Of a stretch of 64,000 nt of DNA, positions 1 to 11,712 are shown one piece after another. The notes beneath the pieces were generated by a model. That model was not told the DNA's origin and did no database searches. It saw nothing but the letters and a program-made list of their open reading frames with translations. The position numbers and the translations under genes are program-made. This DNA comes from Octopus bimaculoides (Eukaryota): contig NC_069005.1 of the NCBI RefSeq assembly GCF_001194135.2, positions 7,299,109-7,363,108 of the forward strand, given 5' to 3'. The first letter of the stretch is position 1, and every line of letters starts with the position of its first letter.

Positions 1-303
1 CAACCACATAGTTCCGGGTTCGGTCCCACTGCGTGGTACCTTGGCCAGGTGTCTCCTACTATAGCATCGGGCCGACCAAAGCCTTGTGAGTGGATTTGGT
101 CGACGGAAACTGAAAGCACGTCGTGTATATGTGTGTGTGCCCGTCCTCGTCGTCGCTTGACAACCGATGTTTATGAGTTTACGTTCCCGTAACCAAGCGG
201 TTCGGCAAAAGAATCCGATAGTCTCTGGGGTCGATTTGTTCGACTAAAGGCGGTGCTCCAGCATAGCCGCAGTCAAATGACTGAAACAAAAAAATAAAAG
301 AAA
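1..303 (+). mobile_element. Abundant tRNA-derived SINE family A, 5' end cut by the window edge
   Basis: GGTTCGGTCCCACTGCGTGG.ACCTTGGCCAGGTG...GACTAAAGGCGGTGCTCCAGCATAGCCGCAGTCAAATGACTGAAACAA, the same sequence as the many other copies. A second partial 3' half lies at ~345-510. Confidence 0.85.
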
Positions 304-3300
304 GAATACACAAACACAGACACGCTCACGCGTGTCTGTGTCTGTCCCCCTCCACCGCTTTACAACCGGCATTGGTTTGTTTACGTCCCCGCAACTCAGT
401 GGTTCGGGAAAATGAGACCAATAGAATAAGTATCAGGCTTTTAAAAAAAATAAACAGTGGGGACGAATTTTTCGACTAAACCCTTTATGGTGGGGCCCCA
501 GCATGGCCCGAACTCATGACTCTATAATGAATATTTTGGTTAGANNNNNNNNNNNNNNNNNNNNNNNNNNNNNNNNNNNNNNNNNNNNNNNNNNNNNNNN
601 NNNNNNNNNNNNNNNNNNNNNNNNNNNNNNNNNNNNNNNNNNNNNNNNNNNNNNNNNNNNNNNNNNNNNNNNNNNNNNNNNNNNNNNNNNNNNNNNNNNN
701 NNNNNNNNNNNNNNNNNNNNNNNNNNNNNNNNNNNNNNNNNNNNNNNNNNNNNNNNNNNNNNNNNNNNNNNNNNNNNNNNNNNNNNNNNNNNNNNNNNNN
801 NNNNNNNNNNNNNNNNNNNNNNNNNNNNNNNNNNNNNNNNNNNNNNNNNNNNNNNNNNNNNNNNNNNNNNNNNNNNNNNNNNNNNNNNNNNNNNNNNNNN
901 NNNNNNNNNNNNNNNNNNNNNNNNNNNNNNNNNNNNNNNNNNNNNNNNNNNNNNNNNNNNNNNNNNNNNNNNNNNNNNNNNNNNNNNNNNNNNNNNNNNN
1001 NNNNNNNNNNNNNNNNNNNNNNNNNNNNNNNNNNNNNNNNNNNNNNNNNNNNNNNNNNNNNNNNNNNNNNNNNNNNNNNNNNNNNNNNNNNNNNNNNNNN
1101 NNNNNNNNNNNNNNNNNNNNNNNNNNNNNNNNNNNNNNNNNNNNNNNNNNNNNNNNNNNNNNNNNNNNNNNNNNNNNNNNNNNNNNNNNNNNNNNNNNNA
1201 ATAATGCCCAGAAACAAGACCGCTACATGGTCGTTTAACCTGCTAAAAACAGCAGCTAACTGAATCAATACGTAGACTGTTGATCGAAATACAATTTACC
1301 GAAAAAAAAGTTGAACGCAAAAACGGCTGCTTGAATGAATAATGGAAATATAGAAAATATTAAATAATTTCTCTAGAAAAGATTTTTTTGAAAAAAATTT
1401 GAAAAAGATTTTTTGAAAAAAATTTGAATAAGATATTTTAAATAAAATTTTAAAAAAATTTTTTTAATAAAGTTTTTAAAAAATTTGAAAAAGATATTTT
1501 AAATGAAAAAAAATCAGTGTAGTTTATGAGTGTCGAATTTATGTTTGCAGTTTAAAAACCGGTGCTTTAAAACACAAATTACATATGTATGCATTGTAAG
1601 TAGCTGCTCCGAAATATGGGATCATATCGATGTGTATGTAACTCCCAGGAATATTTTGATTGCAGCCACGGTGAAGACCACAAAGGGACCTCCCCTCTCT
1701 CTCTCTCTCTCTCATATACGTGTACTTTAATGAAAAAGAATGGTTCTAACCAAACACGACGATATAACTTTTCCATATTTCAAATATCTGTAAGACTCAA
1801 CCAATTATTTTCGATAAACTCATACCAGATCCATCTCATTGCTTATCGTTTTTACAAAATGGATGGTGAAAGTTGACAGTGTAATTCTTGATATGCTATG
1901 ACGTCTGACTAGAAGACAGTGTGAGATGGGTCACAGAATACCTTTAACCATGAACCCCACCACTACCACCAAGCCCTGGGTTATTCAGTACTAAGCTACA
2001 CTGAAAAAATGAATCTTTAAATTTTATTTCTATTTTATTGACTATTGCAATCTGCAGGATGTTTTTGCATTATATAATATATATGTATTACATAATAATT
2101 AAATTATAAAATGCAAACAAGGACACAGTATTTCGTTTCACAACCAAGTGTATTTGTGCCTTACTTTTTGTGTTAGCAGTGCAATATTTTCACAAGTTTA
2201 TCTCTACAAATTTACTACAGAATTCAGAAATTGACAATGTAGTCCTTGATATGCTATAAAGTCTCACCAACCAGAAATAGCAACCAAATCCCCCTTGCAT
2301 CACATTTCACTGTCTTAAAAAGAGACAAAGATAGACATACTCGCAGAGATACCCAGCACTACCAAAAATTACTGGATCAAAGAAACATCGTACAACAATC
2401 GGCTGGCACTCATTACAAACAATTCAGTGACAATTGTAACTATAATTTCTCAATCACTTGTTGAGTTCAAAGACAGAGAAAGTAATATTTTTCACTTTGA
2501 TCAATGGTGCTGTGATAAGACCATCAAGTCCAACTTTTGAAGAACCATCATGAAACTGGTGTGAAAACAGGCGTTCAAGTAGTCCTTGTATTTACCACAT
2601 TCGGGTACAGGCATGGCACCCTGGGCAAGTGCCTTCTACTCTAGTCTAGTTTTGGATCACCCAAAGTCTTGTGAGTGAATTTGGCAGATGGAAACTAAAA
2701 GAAGCCTGTCGTGTGTGTGTATACACACAAACACACACAGAGAACATTTTATAAACAAACACGTCAGGGGCTGCTTAGCTTAATGGTACAGAGTACTCAG
2801 CTGGTATCTGACAGACACAGGGTTCTTGACATATTTTATGGTCATTTTGTGCCATCCTAAAATTTTAAAGGATCTATGAAATGGTTTAGTAAAGATTTGG
2901 CTGCTATTTCTAACATATTTACCTCCCATATAAGTAGTCTTTCTTGTTGACTTATACACATATAAGATAGTAGGGTGTGATTTGAGGGAGATTTGGCTGT
3001 TATTTCTACACAACTGAGATAGCAGGTAGAGGCTCCCACATTGGCTCCTATAAACAATACACACACATGATTTCCAGGAAATCTAACTAATCTTTCTACC
3101 AGGTCTAGCAACCACATGGATGTCTCCCTCGTTAGCTCATAGATACATATATAACATATATATACTTAAGGTAGCAAGATATGGTTCGAGATCTTGCACC
3201 ATTATTGCTCCTAAAAGGGCTAGTTGATATATAGGTTTCCCTTTGGCTGATACACACACATTAAAAGATGATGATGATGATGGCAATTCTTATGGCATCA

Positions 3301-3442
3301 GCTATATATATTTATAGGAAGGACAACAAAAGAAAGAAAGAGACCAATATTATGTAAATAGAGGAATTTGGTGAGGGCTCCCACCCCAACACCCGAAACT
3401 CAGAGTTTTACCATGGCCACCGAATAAGTGTCATTTTTACAG

Positions 3443-3488
<46 letters not shown>

Positions 3489-4099
3489 NNNNNNNNNNNN
3501 NNNNNNNNNNNNNNNNNNNNNNNNNNNNNNNNNNNNNNNNNNNNNNNNNNNNNNNNNNNNNNNNNNNNNNNNNNNNNNNNNNNNNNNNNNNNNNNNNNNN
3601 NNNNNNNNNNNNNNNNNNNNNNNNNNNNNNNNNNNNNNNNNNNNNNNNNNNNNNNNNNNNNNNNNNNNNNNNNNNNNNNNNNNNNNNNNNNNNNNNNNNN
3701 NNNNNNNNNNNNNNNNNNNNNNNNNNNNNNNNNNNNNNNNNNNNNNNNNNNNNNNNNNNNNNNNNNNNNNNNNNNNNNNNNNNNNNNNNNNNNNNNNNNN
3801 NNNNNNNNNNNNNNNNNNNNNNNNNNNNNNNNNNNNNNNNNNNNNNNNNNNNNNNNNNNNNNNNNNTATATATATATATATATATGAGACAAACCATGTA
3901 AGTGAAAAGACAGGCTTGAAAAGACTGGAAGAGAGGAGAAGCGATAATATTATACCAGGTAAAGAGAGAAATAGAAAGTAAGTGGTTTGCTTATGTTCTA
4001 TGGTGTGAGGAGGATCAGAGGCGTGAGTTGTTCTTGATTGCAAGACAGTGCAATAGAGAGAAGTGAGACATAGGCAAAAACTGTATACAGATGGAAAAT

Positions 4100-7000
4100 A
4101 AGAGACTCACACTTCTTTCCATTTCAATGTGTAAAGGAAGAGGTATGGAAGTGCTACTATGAAAGTTTACTGAATGTGGAGAATGCATAGGAGAAAAATG
4201 GTCTTCCTAACATAGGCCACAATCTGCTAATGGAGGGACCAGTCACTCTGGTAGATAGCAGTATGAAAGATAAAGCAATTACAAGATATGAAGGCAGGAA
4301 CCATCAGGAATTACTGCAGAGATGCTTGGAATGCCTGGCAGTGTTGGATACAGCCTTGTCACCCATTTAGTCAATTAGGCTGTACAAGATGTTATACCCA
4401 ATGACTGTAGTAACATCATAGCCATTACAAGGAGATTACCTTACTGAGAGAAAATTAGAGGTATCTATTGGACCAGATCATGAAAGTTAGAGAGTTGTAG
4501 ATCAATTGATTAGAGAGAGAATTAGATTATATGAGGCACAGGTGTGGCTATTTGGTAAGAAGTTTGCTTCGCAACCACATGGTTCCAGGTTCAATTCCAC
4601 AGCATGGCACTTTGCACCTTGGACATGTCTTCTACTTTAAGCCTGGGATGATCAAAGACTTGTGAGTGGATTTTGGAGATGGGAACTTAAAGAAGATACT
4701 CAAATTAAATATGCAATTTTGCAGAGGTAAAACGCAACCCTTATTCACTTAGTTTTTTTTCCAACCATGCCTGTGAAAATCTAGTGTTAATTTTTGTGGC
4801 TTTGGGGTATTTTGACTCCTATTTTTAGCAAAGCTGGTACTTCATAGTGCCCCAGGAGTGGCTCTGTGGTAAGCAGCTTACTTACCAACCACATGGTTCC
4901 GGGTTCAGTCCAACCGCATGGCATGTTGGGCAAGTGTCTTCTACTATAGTCTCGGACCAACAAGCCTTGTGAGTGGATTTGGTAGACGGAAACTGAAAGA
5001 AGCCCATCGTGTATATATATATAAATGTATGTATATGTTTGTGTGTCTGTGTCTGCCTCCCCCCCTCCTCTGAGCACGGAAAAGTGGACGCTAAACCAAT
5101 GATGATGATGAGAGATAGTTTGGTTTGAGACCAGGAAGTACTAATGATGCCACCTTCCTAATGAGACAACTGCAAAAGAAATATTTAGCTAGGAGTAAGA
5201 TGCTGCATGGAGAAAGCCTTCACTAGGGTCCCTCACTCTAATCCGGTAATCAAAGGGTGGTTTGTAAAGCCATGCATGTCATGTTGTCAGTAAGGTGGGA
5301 GTTAGCCAAAAGTACTGTGATGAGTTTAGTATGCAAGCAGAGTCTACCAGAGCTCAGTTACCTGCTATACATCATACTGCTATAGACCATAATAGAAGAG
5401 TCCAAGACCAGATGTGTCGTGGTTATAGCTGAAACTGTAGAATTAGAAAATAAATTCCAGGTGCAGAAGCAAAACTTGGAATCAAAGGGCCTCCAAGTTG
5501 ACTTTGCAAAAACCAAAGTTGTTAGTAAAGAAAACAGCGCTCCAGAGAAATGTCTTTGTTCAATATACAGAGAACTGTGTAAGACTTCCATATAAGGTCC
5601 CCAATGCACACTATGGACACACACAAAGAGGTGCAGTGGAATTTCGGGCAGATTCACAAAAAAAGTAAGGTTTGTATGTGACAGACATGCAAGAGCAAAA
5701 CAGAGAGTATACAGGAAATAGGTTTTCTTAAGTGCCCAGGAGAATCCCTAGAAATAGTAGATAGCTTCTGCTACCCAGGTGACCTAATTTAGCAGTGAAG
5801 GAAGATATTCTGAAAGTATAGCAGCCAGAATTAAGAACATGGAGGAAGTTCAGAAAAAGGTTTTGTATCTCAGTGTGAAAGACAGACTGTAAGACGCCTG
5901 TGTATATGAACTGCAATTCTACATGATAAGGTCACATGAACACTAAATGCAGAAGATCTGCGAGAACTATAAAAGAAAAAAATAATGAAGCAAGCATGCT
6001 CCTTAGCTATAAAGTGTTAGCGTGAATGAATGAATGATGTAGTATAGGCGCAGGAGTGGCTGTGTGGTGGTAAGTAGCTTGCTTAACCACATGGTTCCAG
6101 GTTCATTCCCACTGTGTGGCACCTTGGGCAAGTGTCTTCTACTATAGCCTCGGGCCGACCAAAACCTTGTAANNNNNNNNNNTACTATAGCCTCGGGCCG
6201 ACCAAAACCTTGTAAGTGGATTTGGTAGACAGAAACTGAAAGAAGCCTGTCGTATATATGTATGTATGTATGTATATATAATCATCATTGTCATTTAACG
6301 TCCGCTTTCCATGCTAGCATGGGTTGGATGATTTGACTGAGGACTGGTAGACCAGGTGGCTACACCAGGCTCCAATCTGATTTGGCAGAGTTTCTACAGC
6401 TAGATGCCCTTCCTAATGCCAACCGTGTGTGNNNNNNNNNNTGATTTGGCAGAGTTTCTACAGCTAGATGCCCTTCCTAATGCCAACCGTGTGTGTGTGT
6501 GTATGTTTGTGTGTCTGTGTTTGTACCCCCAACATCGCTTGACAACCGATGGTGGTGTGTTTACATCCCCGTAACTTAGCGGTTCAGCAAAAAGGGACCG
6601 ATAGCATAAGTACTAGGCTTACAAAGAATAAGTCCCGGGGTCGATTTGCTCGACTAAAAGGCGGTGCTCCAGCATGGCCGCAGTCAACTGACTGAAACAA
6701 GTAAAAGAGTATAAATGTGTTGAGGGGAAAAAGTGGTCACAAGAGGAGTAAAGAGCAAGCAGAAGATGACATTGGCAAGGGCTTGCAATGTGTAGGGATG
6801 AAGACAGTTGCTTACAGTGGTCGAAACTAGGGTAAAAGAAAGACCCAGCAAAATAGGGAGCAAAGTGGAGATTAATCTGAGGACGCTGAATCTTACAGAG
6901 GAGATGACAAAAAACTCGAGATGATTGGCGACAAGTAATACTGGAGAAGAACTGTCCATCTATGCAACGGACATGGTGAAACTGATGCTTAAAACGGCGG
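4100..7000 (+). mobile_element. Decayed RTE-clade LINE broken by several nested SINEs
   Basis: Scattered frames give KEEVWKCYYESLLNVENA, SGITAEML, LLDQIMKV, FGLRPGSTNDATFLMRQLQKKY (~5120-5180), SLEIVDSFCY (~5745-5775) and a C-terminal INLRTLNLTEEMTK (~6870-6910). Many stops and frameshifts. Confidence 0.78.
6045..6716 (+). mobile_element. SINE family A copy with a nested family D SINE (~6281-6490)
   Basis: Head AGGCGCAGGAGTGGCTGTGTGGT, CORE-like ACCTTGGGCAAGTG and tail CAGCATGGCCGCAGTC..GACTGAAACAAGTAAAAGAG. Confidence 0.85.
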
Positions 7001-7363
7001 CAGAGGTGGAGGGTCGGAGCATAATGTGTATCTACATAGCTGAGTCCCTTAACAAATATGTCTCTGTTGTCTGACAAATGCTTCCATGGAAAGACAGACA
7101 AAATGAACCTTACATGTACTTGCATCTGTATATATACACACGCACATGCAAACACATATACACAAATAATGAGAGTATATAAAGATGCGTGTATGTATGT
7201 GTGTATACACACACACAATAATATATAAAGAAGGATGTGTGTGTGTGTGTGTGTGTGTGTGATATATGAAATTAAATAAATGACAAAAGAACAGGAAATT
7301 ATGAGATTCTGAAGCAAATGTATTGGAAGTTCTAACACTAGGTTATTAGTATTGAAGCAAAAC

Positions 7364-7405
<42 letters not shown>

Positions 7406-7629
7406 TTATTTTCTCCTAATTAATAAATAACTCGGACAAAATAAATTGGTTAATAGATACCAGGATAGCAAAGATCAAAAAATAATTGTGGTGTAACTCC
7501 TGTTTATGAGGTAGAAACTCCTTGATATTTTGGGTACTTGAGTATATATAAATTAAAGGAGTAAAACGCAGAAAATATGCAGTTAAAATATGCAGTTAAA
7601 ATATACGTTTTACTCCATTCATTAAATTT

Positions 7630-7673
<44 letters not shown>

Positions 7674-7850
7674 NNNNNNNNNNNNNNNNNNNNNNNNNNN
7701 NNNNNNNNNNNNNNNNNNNNNNNNNNNNNNNNNNNNNNNNNNNNNNNNNNNNNNNNNNNNNNNNNNNNNNNNNNNNNNNNNNNNNNNNNNNNNNNNNNNN
7801 NNNNNNNNNNNNNNNNNNNNNNNNNNNNNNNNNNNNTATATATATATATA

Positions 7851-8013
7851 TAGGTGCAGGAGTGGCTGTGTGGTAAATAGCTTGCTTACCAACCATGTGG
7901 TTCTGGGTTCGGTCACAGTGTGGCACCTTGGGCAAATGTCTTCTACTATAGCTTCAGGCCGACCAAAGCCTTGTGAATGGATTTGGTAAACGGAAACTGG
8001 AAGAAGCCAGTCG

Positions 8014-8044
<31 letters not shown>

Positions 8045-8228
8045 CCCACCAACATCGCTTGACAACCGATGCTGGTGTGTTTGCAATCCCCGTAATTTAG
8101 CAGTTCGGGAAAAGAGACCGATAGAATAAGTACTAGGCTGACAAAGAATAAGTCCTGGGGTCGATTTGTCCGACTAAAGGCGGTGCTCCAGCATGGCCGC
8201 AGTCAAATGACAGAAACAAGTAAAAGAA
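7851..8228 (+). mobile_element. SINE family A, full length
   Basis: Complete head, internal (TA)/(TG) tract and 3' half ending GAAACAAGTAAAAGA. Confidence 0.9.
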
Positions 8229-8310
8229 TAATATATATATATACACACACACACACTATGTGTACATATGTATGCACATATATCTACACGTACTATCATG
8301 TATATATGTA

Positions 8311-8345
<35 letters not shown>

Positions 8346-9341
8346 TTTATTCTTTTATTCTTAATCCTTCACCACCCACCTGTTTTCTAATCAAGGGAGC
8401 TGTTAATTAATGCATCCTGGAATGCAGCAAGCAAGCCATCTATTGACAGATGTGACAACACCGCCACTCGTTAACATACAGCTTTTGTAGAGTGCACAAT
8501 GTAAACACACAAGCTTCTTTTAGTTTCCATTTCCCCATTTGGTTCTGCTTATCGCAAACATCTGCCCAAGGTAGCATGCACTGGGATTGAACCCAAAACT
8601 CCCCAACCACTCATTATATGTACACATATACACACATACTTTCTGAACATCCTTCCCCACCCACAGCTATTCAGATCTTCCCTGCACCACCCCTTCACCT
8701 TGAAGACTGATAAGAACTTGGCAACTGGCTGGTTAGACGCTCTGCTCCGTACCACTCAGCCCTACACAACCAGGGCAGTTTTAAAAACACTCACCAGTAC
8801 TACAAAACCTGTCCCTACATTAACCCTTTTTGTTACCCTATTTCTCTTGAAATAGATGCATGGCTTAATGGTTAGGCTATTCAGCTCACAGTCGTAAGTT
8901 CAATCCCTGGCGGCAAGATGTGTCCTACACCAAGGCACTTTATTTCACGTTGCTACCAGTTGACTCAGCTGGCAATATTGAGTTGGACCTGTAATTCGAA
9001 GGAGCCAGCTTTGTCACATTCAGCGTCAGCTGAATCTCTCGGAGAACATTTACCCATTTTAACCCGGGTTAACCGTGTCAAAATTTTGAAGATAGTTACA
9101 TAAATAGGGACAACAAACATACAGAAGCATCCAGTTAACCCTTATTGCAGTAAATAAACCAAATACAACTGTCCTCAAACGAGGATTGTGAGTTAATATG
9201 GGTTATGGGTACACATGTTTGTGGAGTACTCAGCCACTTACATATTACTTTCACAAGCAGGCTGTTCTGTTGACAGGACCGACTAGAGCACTCATCATTC
9301 TAACTGATGGAGACCCCTTTCTCTTGAATTACACTGCCTTT

Positions 9342-9666
9342 ATTTACATTATTTACATTCGACGGATATTTGTCCTCATCTTGTTTCTTGTTAACACGTT
9401 TCAGCTGATATACCCTTCACCCTTCATCAGATGTCTTGGGGAAATTTCGAACCTGGGTTCTCATTCCTAAGGTATTCTTCGATGTTGTTGTTGTTATTAT
9501 TATTATTATTATTATTATTGTTCAAGTCACTGCTTGGAATCGAACTCGGAATCTTGGGGTTAGTAGCCCGCGCTCTTAAATCACTACGCCATATGCCCGT
9601 GGGCATATGGCGTAATGGTTAATGTAAATAATGTACATAATTCCTCATCTCTTAAATATAGAACTG
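9342..9666 (-). mobile_element. tRNA-headed short retroelement with hammerhead-like motif, copy 1 (fold-back structure, 12-bp TSD)
   Basis: Minus strand: A box TGGCGTAGTG, B box GTTCGATTCC, (AAT)n, body, then GACAT-CTGATGA-A...CAGCT-GAAAC-GT. Palindromic junction at 9583-9615. TACACTGCCTTT is duplicated at 9330-9341 and 9667-9678. Confidence 0.75.
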
Positions 9667-10269
9667 TACACTGCCTTTGTTCTAATTAATTTTGAAAGTA
9701 AGGAATTATTTAGTAAAATATTTTTATCAGCTCACTTTAACCTTTTAGCAGTGAAAATGCCATAATTGGCCTGAATATTCTTCCTGCTATATGATGAAAC
9801 TGACCAGATCTGGCCTATCAAACCTACCCTACAATGTCATTCTAAAAATAAACAATCACATCATCAAAATCTCAAAACTTTGAGATAATGCATGATTAAT
9901 TAAAAACAATATGAATAAATAAATATTACTTCCAACAGAATAATCCGAATAATAAACAAAGTTTTATACCAAACCTGGTAGTTATTTTATATCTTTTGCT
10001 GAACTGATAAGTTTACAGGATGCAAACAAACCAACACCAGTTGTCAGGCAGAGGTGGGGTACAAACATACACAAACGCACACATATAGGTACATATATGA
10101 CAAGCTTCGGTCTACCAAATCCACTCAAAGCTTTGGTCAGCTTGAGGCTATGGTAAAAAAACACTGGAAAAACATGCAGCGGGACAGAACCTGAAACCAT
10201 GTGGCTGGGAAGCTAATGTCTTACCACATGGCCACACCTGCTTCAACAAAACATACTCAAGGTATAATC

Positions 10270-10630
10270 CTATATATGCCAGACCAACCCATTGCCACCC
10301 ACGCTTTCATACCCACACACTTCAGGCTTAATTTTGCACCACCACCACCCACACACCAACAATGTCCCACTCCTATACGGATGATATCACCCCCTCGTTT
10401 GTTCATCAAATTCTGTACTGACTTCCTGAAAACACTTCTAATTAGTCATAACAACCTTGCTTCCACCACAGGCACAAAGACATGCTACACTAGTTATACG
10501 CCACCGCTCCTTGTCAACATGGGCTGCATGCGGCAAGAACCTCGATCATCATGGTTCTTCCTCTTTCGGGTTAGAAAAACTAACCCTATACAAGACTCAA
10601 ATGAGACCCACAATTGTTCCCATCACTCAG
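10270..10630 (+). mobile_element. Highly decayed non-LTR reverse-transcriptase fragment (Jockey/CR1/I-like)
   Basis: TATACGGATGATATCACC (~10373-10390) encodes YTDDIT, a YADD-like motif. LTLYKTQMRPTI further downstream resembles L..LYK..IRP.LEY. Confidence 0.5.
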
Positions 10631-10645
10631 AGATCATGTTATATA

Positions 10646-11042
10646 TACTCTTTTACTTGTTTCAGTCATTTGACTGTGGCCATGCTGGAGCACCGCCTTT
10701 TAGTCGAACTAATCGACCCCAGGACTTATTCTTTGTAAGCCTAGTACTTATTCTATCGGTCTCTTTAAGTTACGGGTACGTAAACACACCTGCATCGGTT
10801 GTCAAGCGATGTTGGGGGGACAAGCACAGACACACAAACATATACACACACATACATATATATATACATACATATACACGACGGGCTTCTTTCAGTTTCC
10901 GTCTACCAAATCCACTCACAAGGCTTTGGTCGGCCCGAGGCTATAGTAGAAGACACTTGCCCAAGGTGCTATGCAGTGGGACTGAACCCAGAACCATGTG
11001 GTTGGTAAGCAAGCTACTTACCACACAGCCACTCCTACGCCT
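10646..11042 (-). mobile_element. SINE family A, full length
   Basis: Reverse complement of the family consensus from head to TAAAAGAG tail. Confidence 0.9.
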
Positions 11043-11609
11043 ATATATAAATATATATATATCATCCTATATCATTCGATTATCATGTTCTTTTTCATCT
11101 ATACATATAACATCGTATATTAAGGTATATGCAAACATACATATATACACACACACAGACATAGACAGATAGATAGCAACAAGTGAAGCTGTAGCTTAGA
11201 AAGTTGGTTCCCAACCATATGGTTTTGGGTTCAGTCCCACTGTGCTAGTGTCTTCCACTATAGCTCAGGGTCAGCCTTGTGGATGGATTTGGTAGACAGA
11301 AACCGAATACATATGCACGCATGCATGCCTGTGTGTATGCATGTACCCGTACTAGTTTTGACATCACAGTTGTAATGTAAACAAGAAGCACCAATATGCA
11401 AATGAAGTTGCTTATTTCCAGTCTTAGTGAAAAAGACATGTCCAGCCAGAGAAAAATTACCTTGCTTATAAACGTGTCGGAGACAGTAAGAGCATCAGAT
11501 TGCAGTAAAATTGCCTCCACAAAATCCAACTGACCCATTCAAGCATGGAAAAGTGGACATTGAATGATGAGAATATCCTCTCTCCCTCTCTCTATATATA
11601 TATATATAT

Positions 11610-11712
11610 CATTGAACACACAAGTTCTTGTCCAATCACTGAAGTTAAGCAACATTGAGCCTAGTTAGTACTTACATGGGTGACTGCTTGGGTAACCTAG
11701 GTACTGCGAATG
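11610..11712 (+). pseudogene. 5S rRNA pseudogene lacking the first ~16 nt
   Basis: GTTCTTGTCCAATCACTGAAGTTAAGCAACATTGAGCCTAGTTAGTACTTACATGGGTGACTGCTTGGG aligns with metazoan 5S (GTTCTCGTCCGATCACCGAAGTTAAGCAACG..GAGCC.GGTTAGTACTTGGATGGGTGACCGCCTGGG). Many of the differences are CpG to TpG/CpA. Confidence 0.85.

Noticed and set aside
503-1268. Long ORFs made mostly of X (also ~3400-4043, 7504-7935, 17967-18477, 29760-30421, 31530-32039, 44458-45188, 52595-53821, 61612-62241)
   Set aside because: They are open only because they cross N gaps.
1820-1905. Minus-strand exon-like segment with donor GTATGAG as BAZ1A exon 2
   Set aside because: No frame resembles the WAC-domain continuation.
6130-6490. 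Short exact direct repeats on both sides of 10-N gaps
   Set aside because: Typical unmerged contig overlaps, i.e. assembly artefacts.
9520-9600. tRNA gene
   Set aside because: It has A/B boxes but no complete cloverleaf acceptor stem, and it recurs as the head of a dispersed repeat. The same applies to the heads at ~49370-49430 and ~8860-8910.
10201-11172. 323-aa ORF
   Set aside because: A chance read-through of a decayed RT fragment out of frame, an antisense SINE and microsatellites. No coherent protein.
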